Assembly: GCA_035656615.1 (NCBI GenBank)
Contig: DASRSF010000262.1
Location: 1-37,171 of the forward strand
Reading direction: 5' to 3'
Source of the DNA: Vulcanimicrobiaceae bacterium
GTDB taxonomy: Bacteria; Vulcanimicrobiota; Vulcanimicrobiia; Vulcanimicrobiales; Vulcanimicrobiaceae
Length of the DNA stretch: 37,171 nt
The position numbers and the translations under genes are program-made. This document shows positions 8,353-16,614 of this stretch, piece by piece (position 1 is the stretch's first letter; each line of letters begins with the position of its first letter). A model generated the notes under the pieces. The model searched no databases. It was not told the DNA's origin and saw only the letters and a program-made list of their open reading frames with translations.

Positions 8353-10988
8353 GCGGCGCAGAAAACAACTCGTCCGCAAAGCTGATGCTGCTGGACACCT
8401 ATGGCTTGGTATACCGGGCGTTTTTCGCGCTTCCGCCGCTCACCACGACGCGCGGCATGCCGATAAACGCAGCGTACGGCTTCACACAGATGCTCAACAA
8501 AATCATCGCGGACGAAAAGCCCACGCATGTCGTCGCCGCCTTCGACAAAGGAATGCCCGCGCACCGCGTTGCGCTGTACCAGCAATACAAAGCGCAGCGC
8601 GATCAGATGCCGGATGATCTGCGTCCACAGTTCGCACTGGTTCGCCGAGTGTTGAACGTGAATCGTATTCCGATTGTCGAAATCGAAGGCGAGGAGGCCG
8701 ACGACATCATCGCCACATTGGCACGGCAAGCGGAAGATCAAGGCCATCAGACCGTTATCGTTACGGGCGATACGGATCTGTTCCAACTCGTCGACAAAAA
8801 GACGACCGTCCTGATGACGCGCCGTGGAATAACCGAACTGGGCCGGTACGATCTACCGGCGGTCCAGGAGCGGTACGACGGCCTCACGCCCAGGCAGCTG
8901 CCCGATTATCGCGGTCTCAAGGGCGATCCATCCGACAATCTTCCCGGCATTCCCGGAGTCGGCGAAAAAACGGCCATTAAACTTATCAAGGCGGCCGGAT
9001 CCCTAGACAAGCTCGTTGCGAATCCCGCATTGGCCGGAACGCCGAAGCTGCAAAAACTCGTCGAGGAATACGGCGCGCAAGCAAAAGTGTGCCGCGACGT
9101 TTCCGTCGCGCGCAAAGATTTGGAGTTGGTGCTGGATTGGCAGGAGGCACGGTACGCAGCGCCCGCGAGCGAAGATCTTTACCGGCTTTACAGCGAGTTG
9201 GAATTCAAAACGTTGCTGAACAAGCTGGACGTGCCGCTCGAGATGCCGTTGATTGAAACGCGCGAGCGAATAAAAGGGCGGTACCGCTCGTACGTGGCCG
9301 CGACCGATCCCCCGGAGTTCGCGGAATTGGCCCGGGAGCTGGAACGCCTGAGCGAAGCTTCGCATCTCGCGTTTGCCGTAAAGCCGGACGGCGAGCTCGG
9401 CATGAGTGCCGAGCCGGGCACCGGGCTGGCATTTGCGGCCGGCGCCTTGCGTAACGAGCCCGTAAAATCGGCGTTCCAAAAAGTGTGGCTGGGACGCGCG
9501 CGATTGGGGGCGCACGACGTCAAGGCGGTCTTACGCGTTCTGACCGATCACGGATTCTCCGCACGCTCTTTTGTCGACGACACCATGATTGGCGCGCATC
9601 TGCTCAATCCGTCGCGCACGTTCGCGCAGGTCGAGGATGCGGCGCAAGAAATACTCGCAATTTCTGCCGGCGAGGACGTTGCCGCGCACGCCGATGCCGT
9701 GCAGCAATTGATCGGAAAGCAGCGTGAGGTGCTCGAGTCTCGCGAGCAACTGCGCCTGTACCAGACCATTGAAGTGCCTCTTGCACCCATTTTGGCTGAA
9801 ATGGAACGCACGGGCGTGCTGATCGATCCAACGGAACTAAACGTTCTTGCCAAGGAAGTCGACACCGCGGTACAGCGGCTTGCTCAAGAAATTTACGATT
9901 ATGCCGGGGAGCAGTTCAACATCGGCTCCCCCCTGCAGCTCGGCAATATTCTGTTCGAGAAGCTGTGCATCCCCGGATCGAAAAAGACGAAGACCGGTTG
10001 GGCCACCGGCGTCGAAGTGCTCCAGGGACTGGCGCGAGAGTATCCGATTTGCGCGAAGGTGCTGGAGTACCGCGAAGTTACGAAACTCAAAAACACGTAC
10101 ATCGACGTCATCCCCTCGCTCACCGATAAACGCGACGGACGTTTGCGCACGATCTTCAATCAAACCGCGACAGCAACGGGCCGTTTAAGTTCGACCAATC
10201 CGAACTTGCAAAATATTCCGGTGCGTAGCGAGCTGGGCCGCCGCGTTCGGCGCGCCTTCGTGGCGCCGCCGGGCCGTTACGTTCTGCTTGCGGCGGACTA
10301 TAGCCAGATCGAACTTCGATTGATGGCGCACCTCTCGGGCGATGAAGCGATGCGCCGCGCATTCGAGGAAGATCAGGACATTCACGACTTTACGGCGCGG
10401 CAGCTGTTCAGCGTGGGCGATCGCATGCAGGTCGACGGCAACCAGCGCCGGATGGCAAAGTCGGTAAACTTCGGTTTGCTTTACGGGATGTCGGATTTTG
10501 GACTTGCGCAGCGATTGGAGATCGGCCGCGCCGAAGCCAAAGCGATAACCCAGGCGTACTTCGCGCGCTTTCCCAGCGTGCGGGCCTACATCGACAGCGT
10601 TATTCAAAAGGGGCGCGAGCAAGGGTACGTCACGACGTTAATGGGCCGCCGGCGCTACATGCCCGCGCTGCGTTCGAGCAATTACATGCTGCGCTCGGCC
10701 GCGGAGCGCGAGGCAACGAATGCGCCGTTGCAAGGCAGTGCTGCCGACATCATGAAGCTGGCGATGGTGCGGATCCGCGAGCGTCTGGCGCGCGAGGAAT
10801 TGGAGGCACGGATGCTGCTGCAAATCCACGACGAGCTGATTTTCGAGGTGCCGCAATCCACGCTGCACGAAACCGCCGGCGTGGTGCGAAGTGAAATGGA
10901 AGGCGCAGTGCAGCTCAGCGTGCCGCTTTCAGTAACGCTGAAGGTCGGTTCGAATTGGTACGACGTGGAGCAGACGGATGATCTCTAA
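8349..10988 (+). CDS. polA: DNA polymerase I
   Basis: 879 aa with a GTG start that overlaps the upstream TGA (GTGA). The 5'-nuclease domain shows LLDTYGLVYRAFFA, TGDTDLFQLV and GIPGVGEKTA. The polymerase motifs are A (DYSQIELR), B (RRMAKSVNFGLLYG) and C (QIHDELIFE). Confidence 0.95.
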   Translation: MSGAENNSSAKLMLLDTYGLVYRAFFALPPLTTTRGMPINAAYGFTQMLNKIIADEKPTHVVAAFDKGMPAHRVALYQQYKAQRDQMPDDLRPQFALVRRVLNVNRIPIVEIEGEEADDIIATLARQAEDQGHQTVIVTGDTDLFQLVDKKTTVLMTRRGITELGRYDLPAVQERYDGLTPRQLPDYRGLKGDPSDNLPGIPGVGEKTAIKLIKAAGSLDKLVANPALAGTPKLQKLVEEYGAQAKVCRDVSVARKDLELVLDWQEARYAAPASEDLYRLYSELEFKTLLNKLDVPLEMPLIETRERIKGRYRSYVAATDPPEFAELARELERLSEASHLAFAVKPDGELGMSAEPGTGLAFAAGALRNEPVKSAFQKVWLGRARLGAHDVKAVLRVLTDHGFSARSFVDDTMIGAHLLNPSRTFAQVEDAAQEILAISAGEDVAAHADAVQQLIGKQREVLESREQLRLYQTIEVPLAPILAEMERTGVLIDPTELNVLAKEVDTAVQRLAQEIYDYAGEQFNIGSPLQLGNILFEKLCIPGSKKTKTGWATGVEVLQGLAREYPICAKVLEYREVTKLKNTYIDVIPSLTDKRDGRLRTIFNQTATATGRLSSTNPNLQNIPVRSELGRRVRRAFVAPPGRYVLLAADYSQIELRLMAHLSGDEAMRRAFEEDQDIHDFTARQLFSVGDRMQVDGNQRRMAKSVNFGLLYGMSDFGLAQRLEIGRAEAKAITQAYFARFPSVRAYIDSVIQKGREQGYVTTLMGRRRYMPALRSSNYMLRSAAEREATNAPLQGSAADIMKLAMVRIRERLAREELEARMLLQIHDELIFEVPQSTLHETAGVVRSEMEGAVQLSVPLSVTLKVGSNWYDVEQTDDL

Positions 10989-11445
10989 GGTGTTTGCGTT
11001 TCTGGCAGCGGTGTTGACCGGCGCAGCGCCCGCACCCACGCCGCAGTCGCTCCCGCAGATCGTGTTGCGCGCCCCTAAGGCCGTGCTCACCGTGCAGGTG
11101 GCGCGCACCGGGCCGCAGCGTGAGCTCGGTCTGATGGGGGTCCGGCGGCTTGCGCCGCATACGGGGATGCTTTTCGTCTTTGATTCCGACGGGCCGGTTG
11201 CGTTCTGGATGAAGGACACACTCATCCCGCTCGACATGGTGTTCGTTTCGTCAAGCGGATCGGTGCGCGCGATCTTTGCCAACGTGTCCGTCGTTGCGCC
11301 CAGTCTCCCGGACGATAAAATTCCGCTCGAACAAGGGCGGGCGAACTATGTGATCGAGCTCCCCGCCAACGAGGCCGCGCGCGACGGCATTCGGCCCGGC
11401 TGCTACATACGCGGAATCCCCGGTGCCCGAACTTCCCGAAGTTGA
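10978..11445 (+). CDS. DUF192-family secreted protein
   Basis: 155 aa with a signal peptide. RELGLMGVRRLAPHTGMLFVF...FWMKDTLIPLDMVF...YVIELPAN matches the DUF192 (COG1430) pattern. It overlaps polA by 11 nt and mutM by 23 nt. Confidence 0.7.
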   Translation: MISKVFAFLAAVLTGAAPAPTPQSLPQIVLRAPKAVLTVQVARTGPQRELGLMGVRRLAPHTGMLFVFDSDGPVAFWMKDTLIPLDMVFVSSSGSVRAIFANVSVVAPSLPDDKIPLEQGRANYVIELPANEAARDGIRPGCYIRGIPGARTSRS

Positions 11446-12235
11446 AACGATTGCGCGCGGTCTGGCAGCCGGTATAACCGGCACAACCATATCGGGCGTT
11501 CAGGTGTTCTTACAAAAGATGGCGGTTGCTCCGCCGGGCGTTGATTTCAAAACCGCGCTGGTGGGCGAGCGCATCGAGCACGTCGGGCGCCGGGGAAAGT
11601 TTGTCGTCATCGCTCTACGCTCGGGACGCGCGCTGATTACCAGCCTTCGAATGACCGGCCGCCTGGTTGTTCAAGGACCAGGTGAGCGGGCGTATCCTTA
11701 CCGGTATGTGGAACTCCGTCTGCGAGACGGCCGCCGGCTCACGTTCGCGGATGTCCGTCAGTTTGGGCGCATGCGCCTGGTCGAGCCGGGCGAGGCCTGG
11801 GATGCAGCCCTGGGTGTCGAGCCCTTGTCGGGGGACTTTACTCCGCAAGCCTTTATCGCTATGCTGTCGGGGCGGACGACGCCAATAAAGGCGTTTCTTC
11901 TCGATCAGCGCCGCATCGCGGGGGTGGGTAATATCTACGCCTGCGAAGCTCTGTGGGAAGCCGGGATCCGACCCGGAACGCCGTCGGGTAAACTGACGAA
12001 ACCGGCGGTTCGCCGGCTTCACGGTTCGCTCGTAAGCGTTCTCGAACGCGCGATCGATATGCGCGGCAGCAGCGTAGATGATTACGTTGACGCCGACGGG
12101 CTGAAGGGCGGTTTTCAAAACGTCCTCTCAGTATACGGAAGAGCCCGCAACGGTTGCTTCCGCTGCTCCGGCGAAATCGTTCGGACGGTCATTGCCGGAC
12201 GCGGAACCTGGTGGTGCCGCAAATGCCAAAAATAA
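11423..12235 (+). CDS. mutM: Formamidopyrimidine-DNA glycosylase
   Basis: The catalytic N-terminus is MPELPEVETIARGL. An H2TH region is present, and the C-terminal zinc finger is CFRCSGEIVRTVIAGRGTWWCRKCQ. Confidence 0.93.
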   Translation: MPELPEVETIARGLAAGITGTTISGVQVFLQKMAVAPPGVDFKTALVGERIEHVGRRGKFVVIALRSGRALITSLRMTGRLVVQGPGERAYPYRYVELRLRDGRRLTFADVRQFGRMRLVEPGEAWDAALGVEPLSGDFTPQAFIAMLSGRTTPIKAFLLDQRRIAGVGNIYACEALWEAGIRPGTPSGKLTKPAVRRLHGSLVSVLERAIDMRGSSVDDYVDADGLKGGFQNVLSVYGRARNGCFRCSGEIVRTVIAGRGTWWCRKCQK

Positions 12236-12305
12236 CATTACTGCAAGTAAAGTAAAATATTGCGAAAGGTAACTGAAAACAATCTCTACCACTGATATCG
12301 CTCCA

Positions 12306-13430
12306 GTGCAACACGAAGAAGAGGATCAACTTGCACTCGAGCAGCGCCTCTACGAAGAATCGCTCAAAGTCCTAGACGAAGGACAAGTTCTCAACGGCAT
12401 TATCGTCGCCAAGTACCAGGATGAACTTCTGGTCGACATCGGCGGCAAATCCGAGGGAAACTTACCGTTCCGAGAACTTTCGCTTGCGATCGAACCAAAA
12501 GAATTGAAAGTCGGCGACACGCTGGAAGTGATGATCCACCGCATCGACGACATGGATGGAACGCTTTTCCTTTCCGAGCGGCGCGCACGCGCGCTCAAGA
12601 CCTGGGAAAAAGTCATCGAAGCGCACGATCGCGATGAAGTGATCGAAGCCACGGTGACGCAGGTTGTGAAAGGCGGCGTGCTGGTCGATCTGGGCATGCG
12701 CGGCTTCGTTCCGGCATCGCAAATCCGACGTCAGCCGGTCGGGAATCTGGATGAATTGGTCGGCAAAAGACTCCGGCTCAAAGTTATCGACCTGGACCAC
12801 AAGCGGCACCGCGTGGTGCTCTCGCAACGGCTCGTTCTCGAAGAAGAGCTCAATGCGAAGAAGCAAGAGCTGCTCGGGACGCTCGAGGTTGGACAAATCC
12901 GCGAGGGCGTCGTCGTACGGCTGGCGGAGTTTGGTGCGTTCGTCGATCTGGGCGGCATCGACGGTTTGATTCACAACAGCGAGCTCAGCTACGCGCGAAT
13001 CAAGCATCCTTCGGAAGTCGTGAAGATCGGTGACGTCGTGAACGTCGAGATCATGAAGTTTGATCCCGATGCGAAGAAAGTGAGCTTGTCGCTCAAGCAC
13101 ACACTGCCCGATCCATGGGACGAGCATGCGGACAAACTCTACGAAACCAACAAACTCAATGCGCAGGTGGTGAAGGTTACGCCGAATTATCTGCTCGTGG
13201 AGATTGTGCCGGGCGTGCTCGCGATGGTGCCCAAGGGTGAATTCGACCCGGGCGCGCAATTCAGCCCGGGGCAAGAAGTTGAAGTCACGCTGCTGACGAT
13301 CAATCATTCGACCCGCCGCATCACGGCATCGATCCAGCACGTGGCCGACATCCCACCCGAAGAGATTGAGAAGCTCACCATCGACGAGGACGACCCGCTG
13401 GGCAGCGACCCCGTCGAGATCACCCAATAA
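12306..13430 (+). CDS. rpsA: 30S ribosomal protein S1 (short, four S1-domain form)
   Basis: 374 aa with a GTG start. It contains four OB-fold S1 repeats (G.V..G.V......G..VD.GG..G..H.SE.S). An AT-rich leader precedes it and a strong terminator follows. Confidence 0.85.
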   Translation: MQHEEEDQLALEQRLYEESLKVLDEGQVLNGIIVAKYQDELLVDIGGKSEGNLPFRELSLAIEPKELKVGDTLEVMIHRIDDMDGTLFLSERRARALKTWEKVIEAHDRDEVIEATVTQVVKGGVLVDLGMRGFVPASQIRRQPVGNLDELVGKRLRLKVIDLDHKRHRVVLSQRLVLEEELNAKKQELLGTLEVGQIREGVVVRLAEFGAFVDLGGIDGLIHNSELSYARIKHPSEVVKIGDVVNVEIMKFDPDAKKVSLSLKHTLPDPWDEHADKLYETNKLNAQVVKVTPNYLLVEIVPGVLAMVPKGEFDPGAQFSPGQEVEVTLLTINHSTRRITASIQHVADIPPEEIEKLTIDEDDPLGSDPVEITQ

Positions 13431-13450
13431 GAGCCCTCGTTCAAAGTAAA

Positions 13451-13489
13451 GAGAGCGCCCGTGTCGAAACGGACGCTCTCTTTTTCTTT
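13451..13489 (+). terminator. Rho-independent terminator of rpsA
   Basis: The hairpin is GAGAGCG-c-CCG-tgtcgaaa-CGG-a-CGCTCTC, followed by TTTTTCTTT, and it starts 21 nt after the rpsA stop. Confidence 0.85.
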
Positions 13490-13511
13490 GTGTGCGCAGT
13501 AGGCAGGAGCG

Positions 13512-14099
13512 ATGAGGGTTGGACTAACCGGCGGAATCGGTTCGGGAAAGAGCGAGGTGGCGCGCCTTTTGGAATCGCTGGGGGCGTATATCATCGACAC
13601 CGACCGGCTGGCGCGCGAAGCGGTAGCGCCGGGTAGCGACGGGCTTCGCGAAATTGCCCGCGCCTGGCCTTCGGTGGTTCGGGACGATTGTTTGGACCGG
13701 GCAGCGCTCGCGCAGATTGTCTTTAGCGATCCGACGGCACGCGAGCGTCTCAACGCGATTGTGCATCCGCACGTGCGCCGGCTGGCGACCGATTGCGAGC
13801 GATATGCACGCGTCGGACAACCCATCGTTCACGTCGTTCCGCTTCTTTTTGAAACGGGCTACGATCAGCGCATGGACGCGACGATCGTTGTAATTGCGCC
13901 TGACGCCATCCGGATGGAACGCGTCGCGCGCCGCGACCAGCTCAGCCAGGCACAGATCCGCGCGCGTATGAGTTCGCAAATAGATCCCGGCGTTGCGAAA
14001 AGCCGTGCAACGTACGTGATCAGCAATAACGGCTCATTCTCGGATCTGCGGGAACAAGTGCACGCCGTCTACCACGCACTCACATCGCGCGTGGCTTGA
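13512..14099 (+). CDS. coaE: Dephospho-CoA kinase
   Basis: 195 aa with an N-terminal P-loop (VGLTGGIGSGKS) followed by D.D..AR, the typical CoaE pattern. polA/mutM/coaE synteny is common. Confidence 0.88.
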   Translation: MRVGLTGGIGSGKSEVARLLESLGAYIIDTDRLAREAVAPGSDGLREIARAWPSVVRDDCLDRAALAQIVFSDPTARERLNAIVHPHVRRLATDCERYARVGQPIVHVVPLLFETGYDQRMDATIVVIAPDAIRMERVARRDQLSQAQIRARMSSQIDPGVAKSRATYVISNNGSFSDLREQVHAVYHALTSRVA

Positions 14100-14114
14100 G
14101 GTCAAGTACAACGA

Positions 14115-14144
14115 AAGGTGGGCTGCTTGTACAGCGCCCACCTT
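14115..14144. terminator. Hairpin in the convergent gap between coaE and the D-aminoacylase gene (possible U-tract-less terminator)
   Basis: AAGGTGGGC (14115-14123) pairs with GCCCACCTT (14136-14144) around a 12-nt loop. No T-tract follows on either strand. Confidence 0.35.
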
Positions 14145-14263
14145 AATCAAGCTACGCCAATGGACTACTCCTCTAGCTTACCTGACACATAGAGTATTTC
14201 CATTTGGCGGAGCATTAAACGCGTAAAGTTTGCGCGCTTACACACTCTTGACACGCAGCCGTC

Positions 14264-15847
14264 TCAGCGGCCGCCGCGAAGTACGCGACCCGGCCGCTCG
14301 CCCGTAAGCTCTCCGTGCAGCAGCACGGGGCGCCCATTGACGAAGACGTGATGGATCCCTTCGGGTTTACTGTACGGTTGCTCGTAGGTTGCCGTGTCGC
14401 GAATGTTTTCTGAATCGAATACGACCAGATCGGCAAGCTTTCCGGATTCGATAGTGCCGCGGTCGCGCAAGCCGAAGATCTGCGCCGGGAGTGAAGTTAC
14501 TCGCCGTACGGCTTCCGGCAGACCCAACGTGCGGCGCTGTTGCACAAACCTTCGGAAGATTCGGGGAAACGTACCGAACGTACGTGGATGCGGCACGCCA
14601 TGCGCAGTGGGACCGGTAAAGGCCCGAATCGACGCATCGCTTCCCACGCAGCAAAACTCGGCGGAAAGTACGGAGGCGACATCGTCCTCGTTCATCTTGA
14701 AGAAAACTGCACCGACGTCGAGACGTTCCTGGATCAGCAGGCGCAGCGCGGCCTGCGCGGGTGAAACGCCCAGTGCGAATGCGATCTCGTCCAAACGCAT
14801 TCCGGCAAAGCGTGCATTCCGTTCCGAGCCCACTTCCGTTATGAGAATGTCGTGCCACAATCCGTCCTGTTTCAAGCGCAGGTACAACGCAATTGCCTCG
14901 GCGGTCTGCGCATCGGTTAGGCGTTCGAGTGTAGCATCGATGCCGCCGTACCGCGCCTGCGGCGGTAGAATCGTCGCCAGGTCCGTCCAACTGGCGACAT
15001 ACGGATAGACGTCGCAAAATGCGTTCACTCCGCTCGCGCGCGCCCGTTCGATGAGCGGCAGCGTTTGGTGCACTTTGCCCCAGTTCGCTTTTCCGGATGC
15101 CTTGTGGTGCGAACACTGAACCGTTACGCCGGCGGCGCGTCCGACCTCGAGTGCCTCGGCGATCGCCTCAACAACTCCGTCGCCCTCGTCACGGACGTGT
15201 GAGGCGTAGATCGCCGCGCCGGCTTCCCCGGCTGCCCTCGCCATCGCGATGAGCTCGCCGGTGTCCGCATACATTGACGGCGGATAGATAAGGCCGCTGG
15301 AAACGCCAAGTGCGCCGTGGTCGCAGGCCTCCTGAACCACGCGCGCTTGGGCAAGGAGCTCATCAGGCTCCAGCGCGCGTTCGGAATCGCCGCTCACGTT
15401 CTGCCGCGCCGTACCCAGGCCTACGAGCGTGGCGACGTTCAGTGCCACACCGTTTCGTTCCACCAGCACGAAAAATTCATCGAGCGTGCGCCACTGGACT
15501 GCCCCTATACCGATGCGCTGCGCATGCCGCGCAACGCGCTCCAGGCCCGGACCGTGGAGCGGCGCCGCCGACATACCGCAGTTCCCGCCGATCTCCGTGG
15601 TGACGCCCTGAAAAATTTTTCCCTCGCAGGTCGGTAATGCGAGCCAAAGCTCGTCAGAATGGGAATGTACATCAATGAAGCCCGGCGCGACGATCTTGCC
15701 GGTGCATTCAAGATGAACGGCAGCATCGCGTCCGGCGAGGTCGCCGATTAGCGCGAGCCGATCGTTCACAATTCCAATGTCGGTGGTGTACGGCAATCCG
15801 CCCGTACCGTCGAGGATGGTAACGTTGTGAAGAACCGTCGATATCAC
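14264..15847 (-). CDS. N-acyl-D-amino-acid deacylase (D-aminoacylase) family amidohydrolase
   Basis: 527 aa. The N-terminus reads HNVTILDGTG...IVNDRLALIG. It has the GFIDVHSHSD metal-binding HxH motif, and its length and layout are typical of D-aminoacylases. Confidence 0.8.
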   Translation of the reverse strand: MISTVLHNVTILDGTGGLPYTTDIGIVNDRLALIGDLAGRDAAVHLECTGKIVAPGFIDVHSHSDELWLALPTCEGKIFQGVTTEIGGNCGMSAAPLHGPGLERVARHAQRIGIGAVQWRTLDEFFVLVERNGVALNVATLVGLGTARQNVSGDSERALEPDELLAQARVVQEACDHGALGVSSGLIYPPSMYADTGELIAMARAAGEAGAAIYASHVRDEGDGVVEAIAEALEVGRAAGVTVQCSHHKASGKANWGKVHQTLPLIERARASGVNAFCDVYPYVASWTDLATILPPQARYGGIDATLERLTDAQTAEAIALYLRLKQDGLWHDILITEVGSERNARFAGMRLDEIAFALGVSPAQAALRLLIQERLDVGAVFFKMNEDDVASVLSAEFCCVGSDASIRAFTGPTAHGVPHPRTFGTFPRIFRRFVQQRRTLGLPEAVRRVTSLPAQIFGLRDRGTIESGKLADLVVFDSENIRDTATYEQPYSKPEGIHHVFVNGRPVLLHGELTGERPGRVLRGGR

Positions 15848-15873
15848 CGAGCCATAGTCCTGTCTGCTGCTTC

Positions 15874-15898
15874 GTTTAACAAGCGGTCGAGTGGGTAT
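15874..15898 (+). promoter_or_regulatory. Sigma-B-type (general stress) promoter
   Basis: GTTTAA (15874-15879), a 13-nt spacer, then GGGTAT (15893-15898). This matches the Bacillus sigma-B consensus GTTTAA-N12-15-GGGTAT exactly. It lies 44 nt upstream of the ATG of a KGG-repeat stress protein. Confidence 0.7.
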
Positions 15899-15942
15899 TT
15901 ACTCCACTGCAACTTTCTCACTTCGAGGTGTTGAAACCACGT

Positions 15943-16161
15943 ATGGCAATGCAAGAGCAATCATCAGGGCCCGGCGGCGGTATGACCGTACGGGAAGCAG
16001 GCAAGCGCGGGGGTGAGCGCGTCAAAGCCAAATACGGGACCGAGTTCTATGAGGCCATAGGGCGCAAAGGTGGGGAGGCAACAAAAGAAAAGTACGGCCC
16101 CTCGTTCTACGAGGTCATCGGGCAAAAAGGCGGCCAAAAACTCAAAAGGAAGACGTCCTAA
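15943..16161 (+). CDS. KGG-repeat general stress protein (GsiB/YciG-like), copy 1
   Basis: The 20-aa unit GG-x5-KYG-x2-FYE-x-IG-xKGG is repeated in MTVREAGKRGGERVKAKYGTEFYEAIGRKGGEATKEKYGPSFYEVIGQKGGQK. I chose the ATG at 15943, which has GAGGTG 12 nt upstream. The ORF track starts at the GTG at 15928. Confidence 0.8.
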   Translation: MAMQEQSSGPGGGMTVREAGKRGGERVKAKYGTEFYEAIGRKGGEATKEKYGPSFYEVIGQKGGQKLKRKTS

Positions 16162-16188
16162 CTCAAATCTTTTCCACCGGGGTAACTA

Positions 16189-16527
16189 ATGGCTAAACCC
16201 ACCAAAGGCGAGCAGAACGACAAGCAGCCGGGTGGCGAGATGTCGGTGCGCGAGGCTGGGAAGAAGGGTGGCAACACCGTTCGAGACCGGTACGGGTCCG
16301 GCTTCTACGAGGAGATCGGCCGAAAGGGTGGGCAGGCAACCCGCCAGCGGCACGGTGTCGAATTCTATGAGTCCATCGGCCAAAAAGGCGGCAAAGTCGT
16401 CAAAGAAAAATATGGCGCGGACTTTTACGAAGAAATCGGCCACAAAGGCGGCCAAAAAGTAAAGAAGCTCATCGCCGAGGCCAAAAAACAGCTTGGCGCC
16501 GAAGCCGAGAGCGGCGAAGAGGAATAA
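16189..16527 (+). CDS. KGG-repeat general stress protein, copy 2 (one more repeat plus an acidic tail)
   Basis: MSVREAGKKGGNTVRDRYGSGFYEEIGRKGGQATRQRHGVEFYESIGQKGGKVVKEKYGADFYEEIGHKGGQK. It lies 27 nt after copy 1 and is probably co-transcribed with it. Confidence 0.8.
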   Translation: MAKPTKGEQNDKQPGGEMSVREAGKKGGNTVRDRYGSGFYEEIGRKGGQATRQRHGVEFYESIGQKGGKVVKEKYGADFYEEIGHKGGQKVKKLIAEAKKQLGAEAESGEEE

Positions 16528-16535
16528 CAGCGTTT

Positions 16536-16594
16536 CACGGTCCGTTGCGGCGCGTCCACCCTTTGGCGTGGACGACGGGGGCGCACGGACGGTG
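16536..16594. terminator. Two-tier hairpin in the convergent gap between KGG copy 2 and the LptC-like gene
   Basis: The inner stem is CGTCCAC (16553-16559) with GTGGACG (16568-16574). The outer stem is CACGGTCCGT (16536-16545) with ACGGACGGTG (16585-16594), with one mismatch. There is no T-tract. Confidence 0.35.
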
Positions 16595-16614
16595 AATCAC
16601 CACACTGGCGCCGG

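Noticed and set aside
12236-12305. AT-rich rpsA leader (AAGTAAAGTAAAATATTGCGAAAGGTAACTGAAAAC) with no Shine-Dalgarno sequence before the GTG start, considered as a novel element.
   Set aside because: AU-rich leaders lacking a Shine-Dalgarno sequence are the expected autoregulatory context of rpsA. I could not define promoter boxes confidently, so it is not reported as a feature.
12462-13427. 321-aa minus-strand ORF covering almost all of rpsA.
   Set aside because: It is antisense to a confidently identified S1 gene. The translation is Arg/His/Asp-rich with no motif. Long antisense ORFs are a standard artefact of GC-rich coding sequence.
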